A stretch of 64,000 bases of DNA from Guillardia theta CCMP2712. Lineage: Eukaryota; Protista; Cryptophyta. The position numbers were made by a program, and so were the translations under genes. Shown here one piece after another: positions 11,051 through 24,022 of the stretch; within the stretch, counting starts at the first letter, position 1, and the number at the start of each line of letters is the position of its first letter. Where the stretch lies: positions 265,726-329,725 of the forward strand of contig NW_005434625.1 of NCBI RefSeq assembly GCF_000315625.1. The letters are read 5' to 3'. The notes beneath the pieces are model-generated. The model was not told the DNA's origin. It made no database searches and saw only the letters and a list, made by a program, of their open reading frames with translations.

Positions 11051-12534
11051 ATGCTACTCAGTAAAATCACTCCGGCAGGACCTTCGGCGACAGGTTTCAA
11101 AAGGCCCCGGCCCCGAGACGGGCAGCAAGGAGGGACGGAGAGCATGGAAGAGTTGTTTCTGCTTCGTGGAAGCTCAGGCTTTAGGAAGAGGTTGCAAGAG
11201 ACAGAACGAGAGTCTGATCAAGGACAAGCAGATGAGGCTGGTGTAGAAGCGAAGGGCGACCATTGGCTAGCGTTGCATGTCGTTCGAAAGATTCCTCCTG
11301 AGCAGAGGAGGATGCTCAGGCGCAATGCTATCCTGCGGCAGAGGGCGGTTGAACGTGAAGTTACCTGCCACCGGCCTCAGAGCGGGAGCCAACTGTCCGA
11401 GGTTGGCCTGTTAAGAATTCGCTCCGCAGCTTCAAACAATCTTGGCAGCAGGTATCCTTGTGGCGCAGGCCCAACTTTAGGAGCAAGTAGTCAGTTGATG
11501 CACGGGAAGGCGGATGCTGCAAAGATATCCGCGGCTGAGGTTCTGCAGAGCATTTGTAGACGTAAGATTTTTCTAGATTTCGCGCGGGAGATTCTGCCGT
11601 CCGGCATGCAACCTTTTCCTCACTCCGAGAAGAGATCTCTCTCCCTGATCGATGCTGTCTTGCGTGTTCAACAATTTGCTAAAAGAAGGAGTGAGAGCAT
11701 GAGAGCTCGTGATGCGAAGCGAAGAAGCTGCGCAGCATTGGTTATACAAACTTGGACGAGGCGCTGCATGGCTTTGAAGGAAAGTGAACTTCGACGAAAA
11801 ATTCATAGTCGCAACGCTTCAGTCCGGTCGATCCAGGTTGCGTTCAGATGTTTCCTTGCCCGACGACTTTACAAGTCACTACTTGCTGGCATATCCGTAG
11901 CTTCAGCTAGTGAAGAATTCGACAATGGACAAGATCAGAGTCATCAAAGTGACCTGGAATTCCAGACGAAGGAATTGCAAGAGCGCCAAACCCATGACAA
12001 CTTCGCCGGTGGAATCTCGCAGCAGAGCATGGAGAACTGCACTGTAGTCGTGGTTGAAAACGACACGGAACGAGCAGATACCTTCAATCACCTTGTCGAA
12101 GAAGCGGAAGAGGCCATGCGGTCGCAACCTGCAGGAATCGAATGGTCTAGCATGCCACCTGAGAGGCTTATCCAAGAGATCGATCGCCGGCTACAGGTCT
12201 GTACCTACTTGTTGTGTCAAACCTCTTTCGTTTGACTTGGGTATTGATTATGCCATTGCAGAGAGTGGACGAAGCGCAGAGTGCTATGACTCAGGATATC
12301 CGTTTTCAACGGCTCCTGCAGCTGCATAGCCTGAAATCTCACTCAGTCGAATGGCGGCAGGCAGTACTTGGGCGCTTGAAAGCTGTTGAGAATCTCAAGG
12401 TACTGAAAGAACAGAGGCTTGAGCAAATTCGTCGCGAAAAGAAGGAACTAGAACAACAGTTGTCGAGCTACTCGCAAGGCTCCGAGGCGCTGGCCTGTCT
12501 GAGTGTTTCGCGGCCACCCTCAGGGGCCCGGTGA
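11051..12534 (+). CDS. IQ calmodulin-binding motif protein with C-terminal coiled coil
   Basis: IQ-like motifs AALVIQTWTRRCMA, SVRSIQVAFRCFLARR, AAEVLQSICRR. In-phase intron 12197-12261 joins ORFs 11051 and 12214. Confidence 0.65.
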
Positions 12535-13221
12535 CCGTGGGCCAGAACTGTTGATGAGACTCAGGCTCCAGCGGCAGTGTACAAAAGTGGACAGTGCAGT
12601 GGCACCCCGGACAGGCATCATTCAATGCAGTGTCTTTTACTCATGAAATCACTGAGTTATCGTAGTGCCACGGTGACACTCAGGCAGCCTGGCCCAGTGG
12701 TCACAGCACTTCAGCCTACTGAGTACTGCTTCCGCTTGAAGGTCACACCGCCCGGCCGCCGGGTACAGTGGGTGGGGGGCTAGTCACAGTTCACATAGTA
12801 GTACCGTTCAACCGTTACGTACCGCCTGAGGCTGACTCGTGGCCGGGCGGGGCGCCGCCGCGTCGCCGGAGCCCGGCTCAGCGGCCGCACCGTGCCACTG
12901 CGGCAGTGCCCAGTACCGTACCGTCGGTCACTGGCCCTTGGGCCGCTGGGCGTCCGGCGGCCTGCAGGGCCGCCCCGCGGATCCCGTGACTGCCAAGATA
13001 GGCCAAGATACGGCAACGTGACTCGGGTGACTCGGATAGCCGGACGCCGTGATGCCCCGGCACCTCGAACCTGCGGCCAATGGCTGTTGTAAGGGCCGCA
13101 TCGAGTTCCCCGAGTCCTGTCACTCGTGACTTCCGAAGTTCCGGAAACCTATCAGACTGAACTTTGGAAGCCACGTGACTGCCTCGGGGTGTAGTAAAGA
13201 AACCCGGATGACTCAGCAGAT

Positions 13222-13863
13222 CCTTCTAGACCTTCCAAAGTTCGGAGTCTGCCTCCTTTGCCAGTCGCCTAAAGCGAACATATCCGCCCCCCCGATTCCC
13301 CTTCATATTCTACAGCACCCTTGACGCCTGCAACAGATCCTACCGCATGCCATCCCAACACGATTCCTCCCATACCTCCTCCCACACCCAAGCCCCCCCC
13401 CAGCCTAGCTGCAGGAGCTTCTCCATCGTCATGATAGACCACGGCTTCTCCCGGGCGGCTTCTCCCCGACGATCATCCTTGTTCAGCACCTACCCAAGCG
13501 CGGCTCGACGAAGACCCGAGATCCGCAGCACGGAGACCCTGGGAGCCAAGGCAGACTGGAGGGTCACGGTACGCAGCGACGGAGCAGAGTGCCTGAGCAA
13601 CATCCACGAGGCGAGGCGGAAGCGCCAGGAAGCGAGGGAGAGGAGCGACGCGCTGGTCGGCAGGGCGGGAGTGCTCGAGATTACCGCGAGATGACAGGAG
13701 ATCCCTGACGAGAGACGTCGGGGGGGAGAGCAACAGCAAGAGAGGGGCGAGCAGAGGAAGCGAAGGTGTAGATAGACGAGAGAGGGAGGGAGTGAGATAA
13801 TAAAGCATTGTTACGACTTACGAGTTATCGGATTGAGAGGACATGGGGCGAGACAGGCAGGAG
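13222..13863 (+). repeat. Right arm of the 642-bp inverted duplication
   Basis: Reverse-complement match to 10272-10913. Confidence 0.95.
13347..13694 (+). CDS. Small orphan protein A, copy 2 (115 aa)
   Basis: Differs from copy 1 by one residue (C/S); AATAAA at ~13799. Confidence 0.6.
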   Translation: MPSQHDSSHTSSHTQAPPQPSCRSFSIVMIDHGFSRAASPRRSSLFSTYPSAARRRPEIRSTETLGAKADWRVTVRSDGAECLSNIHEARRKRQEARERSDALVGRAGVLEITAR

Positions 13864-16629
13864 GAAAGGAGGAGGAGAAGGGAGAAAGACAACATAGACT
13901 TGATCATTGCACGTATACCAGGTTGTTGTATTTGAATGAGAAGTGATTGGGGCTGCCGGAGATTATGAGCAGTGCATGTCTGTATAAGAAATGATTTGAC
14001 TGTCCTACTGCACGTCAACGAGAAAGAAGATCAAGCTGGGTTGCGAGCGCGCATGATTATAGAGCAAATTGCAGTGATGCTTCAATCATCGTGCTCTTCC
14101 TTCCTCTCATATTCTTTCCGGCTTGCCCTCTTCGGAACATTTGAAACATTTGGCCTTTGTTGGGAACTTCGGCAAATCATTCGAACCCCGCCGTCGCAAT
14201 GCACAGCTTGTCTTTTCAACATCACATCGATCATGGAATCAGATTTGGGTTTGATGTTTGCCGTTATGCAGCTACATCACCACAACATCACAACGGAGGT
14301 TGTTCCAGTCAGGCGGCTACTTTGAAAGTTTCATGCAGAGAGCCAGTGCGGCATGGTACCAAGTGTATCAGTGACTTGAGTCGTCACCCGACAAACTGAA
14401 TTACTAGGCTAACTTAACCGTGAACATTGAGTAAAAGACTATGACAGAACTCGGAAGGCAAGGGCCTTGAAGTTCGGGCCGGGCCGGGCATTCTACGGCC
14501 CTTGGCGCTGAAGGCTGCCACGGAAGGCACCGCCCGGCGCAATCCGTGACTGGCAATCGGACTCCCCATCAAGTTCTCGGATCGGGCGGACTCAGAAGTT
14601 GAAGTCACAGTGATCGGACTGCGCGCCGCAGGGCCGGGACTCAGTACAATGTCGGATTCTTCCGCGAAGCATGCAGTGCGGCCCGCCAGTCGGATCGGAT
14701 CGAGTCCGATCATCGGATGTGTCGCTTTGGCCCTGCGGCGCCGGGCCGCCCGTACGGTGTTGAGGCAACTGATCAGAGCAAGCCTCACCTCAGGTCATGT
14801 CAAGCAGTCGATGTGGCTCTGTGCACAAGCTCACGGAAAGGACAGCAACAGCTACAATACTACCCCGGGGACGACGTAGGAGGATCACGAAGAAGCCTGA
14901 CAGCAAGAACCTAGAGGACCGATGGATGGCATTACTGAGGTGATAAGCGAGTCAGCTCATACTATCCGACTCCGGTCAGTCTACGACAGGACAGCAAGTG
15001 ACAGGAATAACGGCTAGTGGGAAGTTGGAAGTATCACCCCTGCCAGTCATGGATATGAAAGGACAAGGGGTTCGATCAGAGAAGACAGTACTATCATGAC
15101 TATTCTTCAGAAGCCTGTCGGCCCTACGATGAAGACACGAGACTGAGTGTCAACTCGACAGGCCCTCGAAGCGTTGGATGAGAACTTCGGAATCGAAGAC
15201 CTCGTCATGTCAAGCCTATGTTTCAGCGGCAGGAAAGGGAAAGGAGAATGAGGTGAAGGGTCTCTGTGAGACTGGGTTGTTTGAAGTAAACAAGCTTGTA
15301 CATCTGTACCGTCATACATCTGTACCAATCTCCTATCACCTCGGGAGTCTGTTACTTCTCGGGCTAAATCCTGGTAGTATTATTCCAGCCTCCGCTGCGC
15401 GGCCACCTCCAGTGATCATCAAGTATCATGTGACTATAGATACTTCATCACCGTGTCTACTTCGTGTAAGGAGAGAGTTCCGTGACTGGAAATCTCGACT
15501 TATGAGTCGTTCCGAGTAAGTCTAAATTGAATTCCCGGCGGAACTTCGATGCGGACTCAACTCGTCAGGACCGGCCGGGCTGCGTCCCGGAGGCTCACGG
15601 AGGCTCGGGCCGGGCCGGGCCGCCGGGAGTCGCCGCCGCCGCGACTGCGGCCGCGTGACTCCGAAGCTCCGCTCGGACCGTCCGGCTGAGTCGCCGGCTG
15701 AGTCGGACGCGGCCCCGGTTCACGGTGACAGGCTGATTTACTGAGAACTTCGGAATCCGAGGCAAGCCGTCATCAGAGGGACTACACGGGTAGGGTGCGT
15801 CTAATTTGATATGGACCCCCCATTTTTGATCATGTACCCACCCCAACATCTACCTTGTTTACCCTACCCTGTACATCCATTCCGGTGAGCAGTTGCAGGT
15901 CAATTTGAAGGGTACTATTTGTAGAGAGATTCACTTCTAACCACCGGTACCAATTTGAATAACCGTATCCTTGGATTAGAATTTGAAATGTAGGGTTCTT
16001 GTACCCCTGATGGATGTAACCCCACCCCTGTACTCCTCACTCCACGAACCCCCATACCTGAGAACGACCAGCCACCCGACAAAGCCCTTCAAATTATCGA
16101 AGGCGATGATTAGTTTTCACAATTTCATATATATATTACCAAATTTTGGAATTATTCGTTTTTCAATAATAATTTTTCACTGCCATCTTGTAGTTTACAC
16201 ACGTGTCACTCATCCATTTCCATCCATCCACCCGCCTCCGAAAATTTCCCTCAGCGCCTGTGGCGGGCCATGGATGGCGAAGGCAGAGCGTTTGAATAAT
16301 GTCGATCAGCAAGAGATGGGCAGAGGATGAAAGACAGATGGAGATAGATCACAACTTATACTCGTTTGTAGATTGGAAGTGTAGAATAGTTTAAGTGTAT
16401 GAACTTTGCTTGGGTGCAGTGTGACGATGGCGCATAGGTACTTGCGAATCTTGTTTTTGATTTGTCGTGAGCAGGTTGCTTCTTCTCCTTGGCCTGGCAG
16501 TAGAGAACATGTCCAACTTTAGAATCAAGTTCATGAGCTGATCATACTGTTCTCGGGAAACGGCGGATTTGCTTACACAGCAAGGGAACTTCAAAGGAGC
16601 ACTGGCGGCTGAAGGCCTGTGAGGCCAAC

Positions 16630-18342
16630 ATGAAGGAAACACTCCCGATTTACCTGATTGCGCTTGCGCTTCTGACTGCATCTGCTTCGATTGCTCCATA
16701 TGAGGCTTATGAGAGGAAGCTTCGGGTAATCGATGCTTCATGCATCCGTTGAATATTTGACTATCCGCACTGCAGACAGATATTTGTGACGACTTGGTAG
16801 ACAAGTTACCTTGTGAGGACGCGACGGGTCCATGGACTCACGTCTGCAAAGCTGCCGTTTCAGTGTCATGTACATGCCACCTGCTGGGCAGAGCTCTGAG
16901 TGACAATTATTCATCCAGGCAACACCCTGGCGTATGCCATTGTGATGTCCCGGCAGCTGCCAGAACATGTAGCCGCCTTTGCTTTGCGTGGGATTGGCAG
17001 CAACGAAGACGGGGAGAAATGGGGCATCAGGCAACAGACGATCGTCCGTCCGCTCGGCTTGTCGCTCGGACTCGCATTGTTGACTCTGGGGTAGAATGTC
17101 TTATGCATCGCATTCCAACCTGAGCGACATGCAGGAGATCGCTGTACAATCCGCTGCTGTTCTATCTTCCTGCTGTTCTTGTGGGATACGCTGCTATCCA
17201 GCCAGTGGTGCCATATCTTGAGAACGAGCTTGGGTATCCCGACTCGTCAGTTCGTGCTTTGTTGACTTACGATGGGAGCAGGATCTCATCGACGTTGACG
17301 GCCATCGTTGCTTCTGCTCTGTTTGTCCTCCTTGCATACCTTCAGCGGCATGTAGTTGTGTGGCTCTTCGGACTCCTGCTGGGGTTGTTGAGTTTCATCG
17401 CCATTTTTGTTGGCACACCCTACCTCAACGATCTTCCCATCCAAGTACTCGCAAGCCTCTCTCCCTCTCCCTTGCCATTGCTGACCCATGGGACCACCAG
17501 GTTTTGATCGGAGTCGGGATAGCGTGTGCGTTGATCGGAAGTTCTATCATGCTCTCGTTCGAGAAGACGTACCTCTGGAAGGTCTGCAAGGATGTTTGTG
17601 GCTCTCACCTCACGTAGCGATGTCCAGGTGTTGGCGTGTGCACTTGTGGGCTCGGTGTTGTTTACAGATGCGATCGGCTTGAGTCAGATCAGCAGCTTCT
17701 TGCAATGGATGATGTGCAGCGTGCTTGTCATCTCGAGCTGTTGGCGGCAGGTCTGCAAGGGTTGTCGACCATGACGAGAGCTGAAGGGAAAAACGCAGTT
17801 GGGCCCATCCTGGTCGCGAAGGGCGAGGACGTTGGAGGAGAAGGTGAGGAGGAGGTTGCCGGTGATGTCACGTTGGCCGACGCTCTGTGTGTGCAGTCGG
17901 ACAAGTCTAGTGTGAGCAGGAGGCGCTCAACAGGGTCTGATTGCGAAGTTGTAAGCATCATGTGAGGCGAGAGGGAGGCGGGTTGATGGTTGGTGCTGCT
18001 GCAGAAAGTGAAGGATCGGAGGAGCCTCAGCGCTCTGATTCTGTCTCCGAGGAACATTCGCAAGCGGAAACCGTCAGACTCAGGGGATGAGACGGAGGAA
18101 GAAGAGTCGAGCGAGGAGACGACGAGTGGGACTCAAGTGGAAGTCCATCGCAATATTTTCATCCGATGCATTTTGTATGTGGCCAGCAGTTTTCTTTGGA
18201 TTCTACACAAGTTCATCCAGGTGGGTTTTCCCTCTCACTTTTGAGGTTCTTGTGACTGATGTGCTGGCAGCTTGTCTTCGGATTGATTTTTGGAGCTCGA
18301 TCATCAAAGGAAACCAGAAGAAAGAAAGTGAAGAATGAATGA
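16630..18342 (+). CDS. Multi-pass membrane protein, DUF4203/TM7S3/TMEM198-like, with signal peptide
   Basis: Spliced reading MKETLPIYLIALALLTASA... then a Cys-containing luminal segment, then Gly-rich hydrophobic helices (GLALLTLGRSLY, VWLFGLLLGLL, ACALVGSVLFTDAIG, VISSCWRQ). About 9 short GT-AG introns. Confidence 0.6.
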
Positions 18343-18489
18343 AACCTATTCTTTTCCCAGTCAACCCTCCAGCCTTTGTCTTGTTGTGATATCATGTGGA
18401 AAATTCTGTCTCGAAGCGTCAAGTGCTTCTGCGAGAGACAAGTGCGAATGAGATCTTTCATTGGCGCAAGTTATTGGCTTCGTTTCTCC

Positions 18490-21400
18490 TCATCTCCTCT
18501 TCCCCGGCCGCCTCTTTCCCCTCCCTCCGTCGTCCCTGGGCTTTTTCCCTGCTGCTGTAAAACATGAGAAATACTCGAGATGTCTCGCACAGTCTCGCAC
18601 CTTCAAACTTCCGAGGTCCCTTGGCCTCCTGCGCATGGTCGTCAGCGTGACATGGTTCAGCACAGAGACCCACGTGACGACTTGGGAGATGAAACTCTTC
18701 GGAAGCATCTGCGATCAATGTAAGCAGCGATGGCACAGATGAGAAGGATGAGAAAGATGAAAAGGACGAGCAAGAGGAGGAGGAGCAGGAGCAGGAGCAG
18801 GAGCAGGAGGAGGGAGATGGAGAAGGGAGATGGAGAAGGGGGAGGAGGAGACGAGAGAACGGAAGACATGAGGGCGGCAGAGCTTACTCAGGGCATCAGC
18901 ATAGTCGTCTGCAGATGCAAAAGGAGATTTTTTCTGCGGGGGAAGAACAGCAAAGGTAAGACTGTCGCTCAACCCTCTATAAAGTTTCTCACCACCACCT
19001 TCGGCTTCTTTTTCTGCCGGCTTCCTGCCTCCTCTTCCTCCTCTGCCTCCTCTGCCTGCTCCTCCTCCTCCTCGTCGTCGTCATCGTCCATCTCAAAGAA
19101 CTTCTCGTTCTTCACTCTGCCGGACAGGAGTGCATTGTTGTGCTCGATATCTGCATCCCTAGTCATACCCCTCCTCATCGTCTCCTCCTCTCCCACCTGA
19201 GTCGTCCGAGTGAAGATCAGCTTCGATCTCCCGCATCATCGCCTGCTCTGCATCCCCTCGGCTCTTCGTCTTGGTCTGCTTCTCGTCCTCCTCATCGTCA
19301 AAGTCCATGTCGCTGTACCCTCCCTCGCTCTCCATGTCCTCCTCGCCGTCTCCTCCCATCATCATCCCCCCTTCACTCTCCTCCTCGCTCTCTGCGTCGC
19401 TTCCTCCCTGCCCCGCTCAACGGTCAAGATACCATCACAAGCACGCGATCTTCACCTCAAGGCTTGCCGCCTCTCCCATCCCCTCGTCCTCCATGTCATC
19501 GTCGTCGTCATCGTCGTCGGACATCTCAACCCCTGCAAAGTCTTCCGCCTCCTCCATGGCGCGCGCCGCCGCCTTCTCCTTCTCCTTCTTGACCTACGGA
19601 AAGATCGTCAGAATCTGCTGGGCTAGAGACGAATGGCAAAGAAAGAGGGAGGGAGAGAGAGGAAAGCGAGGATGGAAGGGAAAGGACTAGGAGAGGAAGA
19701 GGGGGAGAGGGGGAGAAGAGGAGGAGAAGAGGGGGGGGAGAAGAAAAGCGGGGTAAGAGGGGGGAAGAAAGGGAAGGGGGAGGGAGGAGGGGGAGGGACG
19801 GGGGAAGGGGAAGGACGGGGANNNNNNNNNNNNNNNNNNNNNNNNNNNNNNNNNNNNNNNNNNNNNNNNNNNNNNNNNNNNNNNNNNNNNNNNNNNNNNN
19901 NNNNNNNNNNNNNNNNNNNNNGTCTTTCTCTCCCCCCATTTCTCCTCCTCCACCTGGCTCCTTGCTACCATCCTATTCTACTTGCCCTCCCCCTTCCTGC
20001 CTTCTCCTTACTTGAAGAAGAACTCCTCCGAAGGGTTAACCGACGGCGCCGCCTGCTCCAGCCAGTCTTGTGTGTTGATAGGAGCGGCGTCTCCTTTGCC
20101 TCTGGACGCCCTCTGCATGACCTGCGAGCCCTTGCTGCCGTCCGCCTCCTCCTTCTTCTTGGGGTTCTTGTAGACAAACTTGTCGAGGAAGCTGAGAAAT
20201 GCAGGTGAGTATGGAGAGCTGGGAAGCGAGAAGGAGGAGGAGGAGGAGGGAGACAGGGACGACGAGGACACGGAGGAGGACGATGACGATGACGATGACG
20301 AGGGCGAGGGCGAGGGCGGGGGCGAGGGCGGGGGCGGGGGCGAGGGCGAGGGCGAGGGCGAGGGCGGGGGCGGGGGCGAGGAAAGAAGTGTCACCGGATG
20401 GTCTGGAAGTCCTCCAGCGGGTCCCCCTGATACTCGATCTTCTTCCTCTCCTTGAGCTTGTCGGCGAAGATGCGGACGGTTGGATGGAAGTGGTTGGTAA
20501 GGATATCGATCTCCGTCACCCCCGCACCCTTGGGGCAGCAGAACTCCGGGTCTCTCTTGTAGGGGTCGTACTGCTCCAGCTCCTTCCTCTCCTCCACAAC
20601 CTCCAGGTTCTCTGCCTTGGCCCTGAGCGTCTGGAGAAACAAAAGACAGGCGAGGATGTCAGCAGATCATTCCTCTCCTCTCCTCTCCTCTCCTCTCCTC
20701 TCCTCTCCTCTTCTCTTCTCTCCTCTTCTCTCCTCTCCTCTCCTCTCCTCACCTCCTTTCCCTCGTCCAGCTTCACAACCCATCGGTCGCCGTCCGAGGC
20801 CTTCACGACTCCCTCCTGCTCATTGTACTGCGTCGCCTTCACCAGGTTCTTGATCCTCACCCTCGATCCAGGCTTGATCTCAACGGCAACGGGAGGAGCA
20901 GCAGCAGCAGCAGCTGGTTTCTTGTCCGACACGATCTCGATGCCATCATCGTCCTCATCATCTACAGAGTTCTGGGGGGCGAGGGGCTGGAGGAGAAGGT
21001 CCCAGAGCTGTGGTCGGTGGCTGGTGATTTCGGAGCAGAGGATGAGAGCGCCGCAGCTGAAGGTGACGGTCGTCGTGCTTGAGACTGCAAAAAAGTGAGG
21101 AGAGAGTTTCGAATCTCCTTCTTCCCCCTTGAAACTGTTTCATTCGTCTCTCCCACCCCCTTCCTCTGTCCTCCAGTTCCTTCTCATCGCCCATCTACCG
21201 CCATTACACCTCTTGCCTCTCATTCTCCTTTACCCCTTGCTCCCCTCCCCCTCCGATCTATCCTCCTTCTTCACGACCATCTCGTCCTCCTCTCTTTCAT
21301 GTTCTCATTCAAGTCCTTAACAGCTGATCGGGCTCACCTTGCAAGAGCCTCTTCAGAAAGGAGGCAACGCGCTCCAAGTTCTTGTCGATCTGGGCAGGAA

Positions 21401-23748
21401 GAATGATTGAAAGAAAGATGAAAGAACGAGAAGCCAGAGAAGAAGGAGAAGATAGACGAAGCCGAGGAGGAGGAAGACGAGGATGAAGAGGAGGAATGAA
21501 AGTGGTTTACTCTGAGGGACTTGAACAGGAGGTTGAGAAACATGGCGTGCTTGGAGGACGTTCTGAGATCTGTAGCTGCGAGCTGAAAGCACAACATGAG
21601 TGAGAGAGACATTGTAAGTAAAGTGAAGATGAGCAAGGAAGAGAAGAGGGAGGGGGAGGGGGGGGGACCTTAGAGTATAAGGCTCGATAGTATCGAGCTG
21701 AAGGTATTCCATGGGCATCAGCTGTCGCTTGAAACAAAACCTGAGACCTCGGCTTCAGCTCTTTCTCTTCAAGTACTCGAGCTACTCCTCCTCGACCTCC
21801 TACTCCTCGACCTCCTCGACCTCCTCCTCCTCGACCTCCTCCTCCTCGACCCCCTCCTCTGCACCACCTCTCACTCCCCATCTCCTCTTCCCTTATCCTC
21901 TGTTCCTTCCTGACCTGAAGCGCCTGGATGGAGGTGTTGAAAGTAGCGACATAGACCATCTTGAAGATCGAGTCCAGATGTTCTCCTATGACAGCAGCAG
22001 CCACTGGCAGCTTCTCGTCTCCCTTGACATCCCGCTTCCGCTTCTTCTCCTCCTTCCCGCTCTTCTCCTGCACCTTCTGCGCTTCTTCCACGGGGAGGAA
22101 GGGGAGGGCGCGGTTGACCCCCGTCAGGATGGCAGTCAGCGTCTTGTCCTCGAAGTTCTTCTTCTCTTCCATGTGCTTCCTGAATAGCCCAAGGTACGAC
22201 CCCACGAGCCCCTTTGCCAGCTCCCCGTCCTGCTTTGCGAGGATGATCTGGTTCAAGAAGGCTGTAGCGTAGTGCTTTGCCCTGCAGATGAAGCTGAGCC
22301 GAGGAGGACGAGGACGAGGGGGAGGGGGAAGGAGGAGGGGGGGGAGGAGGAGGGGAAGGGAGAAGGAGGAGGGGGGTGGGGGGACGAGGAGGAGGAGGAG
22401 GAGGAGTGGGAGGGGGAAGGAGGAGGAGGAGGAGGATAGAGCAGCTTCACAGGGACAGGAAGCGCATGGAGGCAAGAGGAGGGAGAATCGAGGGAGAACC
22501 GGAAGGGGGCAGGGGCACGTACCTGTCAGAGACGTTGGGGCGGAAGAGGAGGCGCTGGACCTCGGCGGCTACAACAGCTTTCATGGCAGGATGCTCTAGC
22601 AGGAGTTTGTTGAGGAGATACATGACGTGAGAAGAGACCTAAGGCGTGTAAGTGCAACTAGAGTGAGGAGGAGGGAGAAGCAGGGTGCAGTGAGAAGCTG
22701 CTACAGAGGAGGGAGAAGGAGGGAGTGGCAGGAAGGAGCTGAAGAGGAAGCGGGGAGGAGATGGAGGGATAGGAAATGGGAGCCGAGGGTTGGAAACCTT
22801 CTTGTCAGGGTCTCCGAGCTTGTTCACCAGTAAGAAAAGGTTCGCCTGCTCCTGCTCCGCCTTGGTCCGCAGGAGATCGTAGGACATCCTGCAGACTTTT
22901 GTCCTGACGTGCGTGAGCGAGTCGTGGGTCGCCGCCTCGAGGTGAGTGATGAACTCTGCGAACTTGTGCTTCACTGCATCCTCAAAGTACCACATCACCA
23001 GCAGCGTGGGGTTGCGAGCTGCCTGCTCGTCAACTGGCTGCTCATGGAAGTACGTCAGCTTCCTGTCGGGGAGGAGGTCGGTCTCGAAAAGATCCTTAAG
23101 GGTCTCCAGAGCCATGGAGTGCTCCCTCTTCCCTCGCTTCGACGCCATCTTCAGCAGAATGTCCAGCACCTGGAGCCTGTGGACGGGCGACTGTTGTATC
23201 ATGAGCATCATGGAAGCCATCTTATCGTTGAGGGTGCCAGACGACATGACTTTCTTCAGGAAGCTCGTGTCGTTGTCTGAGCCTCTCCCCCTCCTCTCCG
23301 ATGCTTCGAACCTGGTCACCTCTGCATCGAGCAACTGACGAGCCTTCTCTTTCAGCTCCGAGATCCTGTCCTCGTTCTTCTTCCTCTTCCCTCCCACATG
23401 CTCAGCATGCTCCGGTATGAATTCGTACCACTTTCCCATCCCATCTCTGGGCAGGTCAAGAGCTTTACTGTTCGATTCTGCTTGTTGTCCCTGAGAGGTC
23501 GAGATGTCAGCAAGCCCCGAAAGTCGCCGGGTCTTGCCTCACCTTTGCATGCTTGAAGTCGTTGGATTTCTTCTCTCCGTCTCTCTTGTTGTATCCACCG
23601 GATTTAGGAGAGCGATGCTTGTCGCTCCCATTGAATTTCTTGCCTTGCCTTTCATTCTTTGGAGAACCTGCATGCTCATCTTAGGCCATCCACCGCCAGC
23701 CGTCTATCTCGCACCTTTCATGCCTTGCCTCGATTTCTGTGGCTGCAT
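18490..23748 (-). CDS. MAK21: Ribosome biogenesis protein Noc1/Mak21/CEBPZ (CBF domain)
   Basis: Motifs SGTLNDKMASMMLMIQQSPVH, LLVNKLGDP, AFLNQI, ILTGVNRALPF, YDPYKRDPEFC, HFHPTV, GDPLEDF, FLDKFVYKNPK, acidic tail, FASADDY. Many introns; 3' end approximate. Confidence 0.9.
19822..19921. other. Assembly gap (100 N) within a GA-rich low-complexity stretch of the Noc1 gene
   Basis: Run of N. Confidence 0.99.
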
Positions 23749-24022
23749 CTGATGTATCTCAGGTAGTTCAGCAATGATGGGACATATCAAAATCCTGCAT
23801 AGAAGTCAGGGGTTATCGTGAATTTTGTTTGTTCGTTCTTCAAAACATCTCTCAACCGCTATATCCCAAAATCCAGTTCACAATTTCGTAATCTCTTGTC
23901 CGTTGAGTTGGTTGTTCTATTTCCTTGAAGCCTGCCTAGCTTGAAGATTCACATCTTCTACATCCTCTCACTCTGTCTCTCTCTCCACATCTACTTTATC
24001 CATCCCTGTCATCCCCTTCGTT

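Noticed and set aside
13692-13775. UGA read-through or selenocysteine extension of orphan A
   Set aside because: The downstream substitutions are ambiguous, and I see no SECIS or redox motif.
10272-13863. Confirmed DNA transposon
   Set aside because: No target-site duplication, transposase or recognised terminal motif; kept only as a hypothesis.
16391-17108. Minus-strand ORFs (137, 98 and 65 aa)
   Set aside because: Antisense to a coherent spliced plus-strand membrane protein gene.
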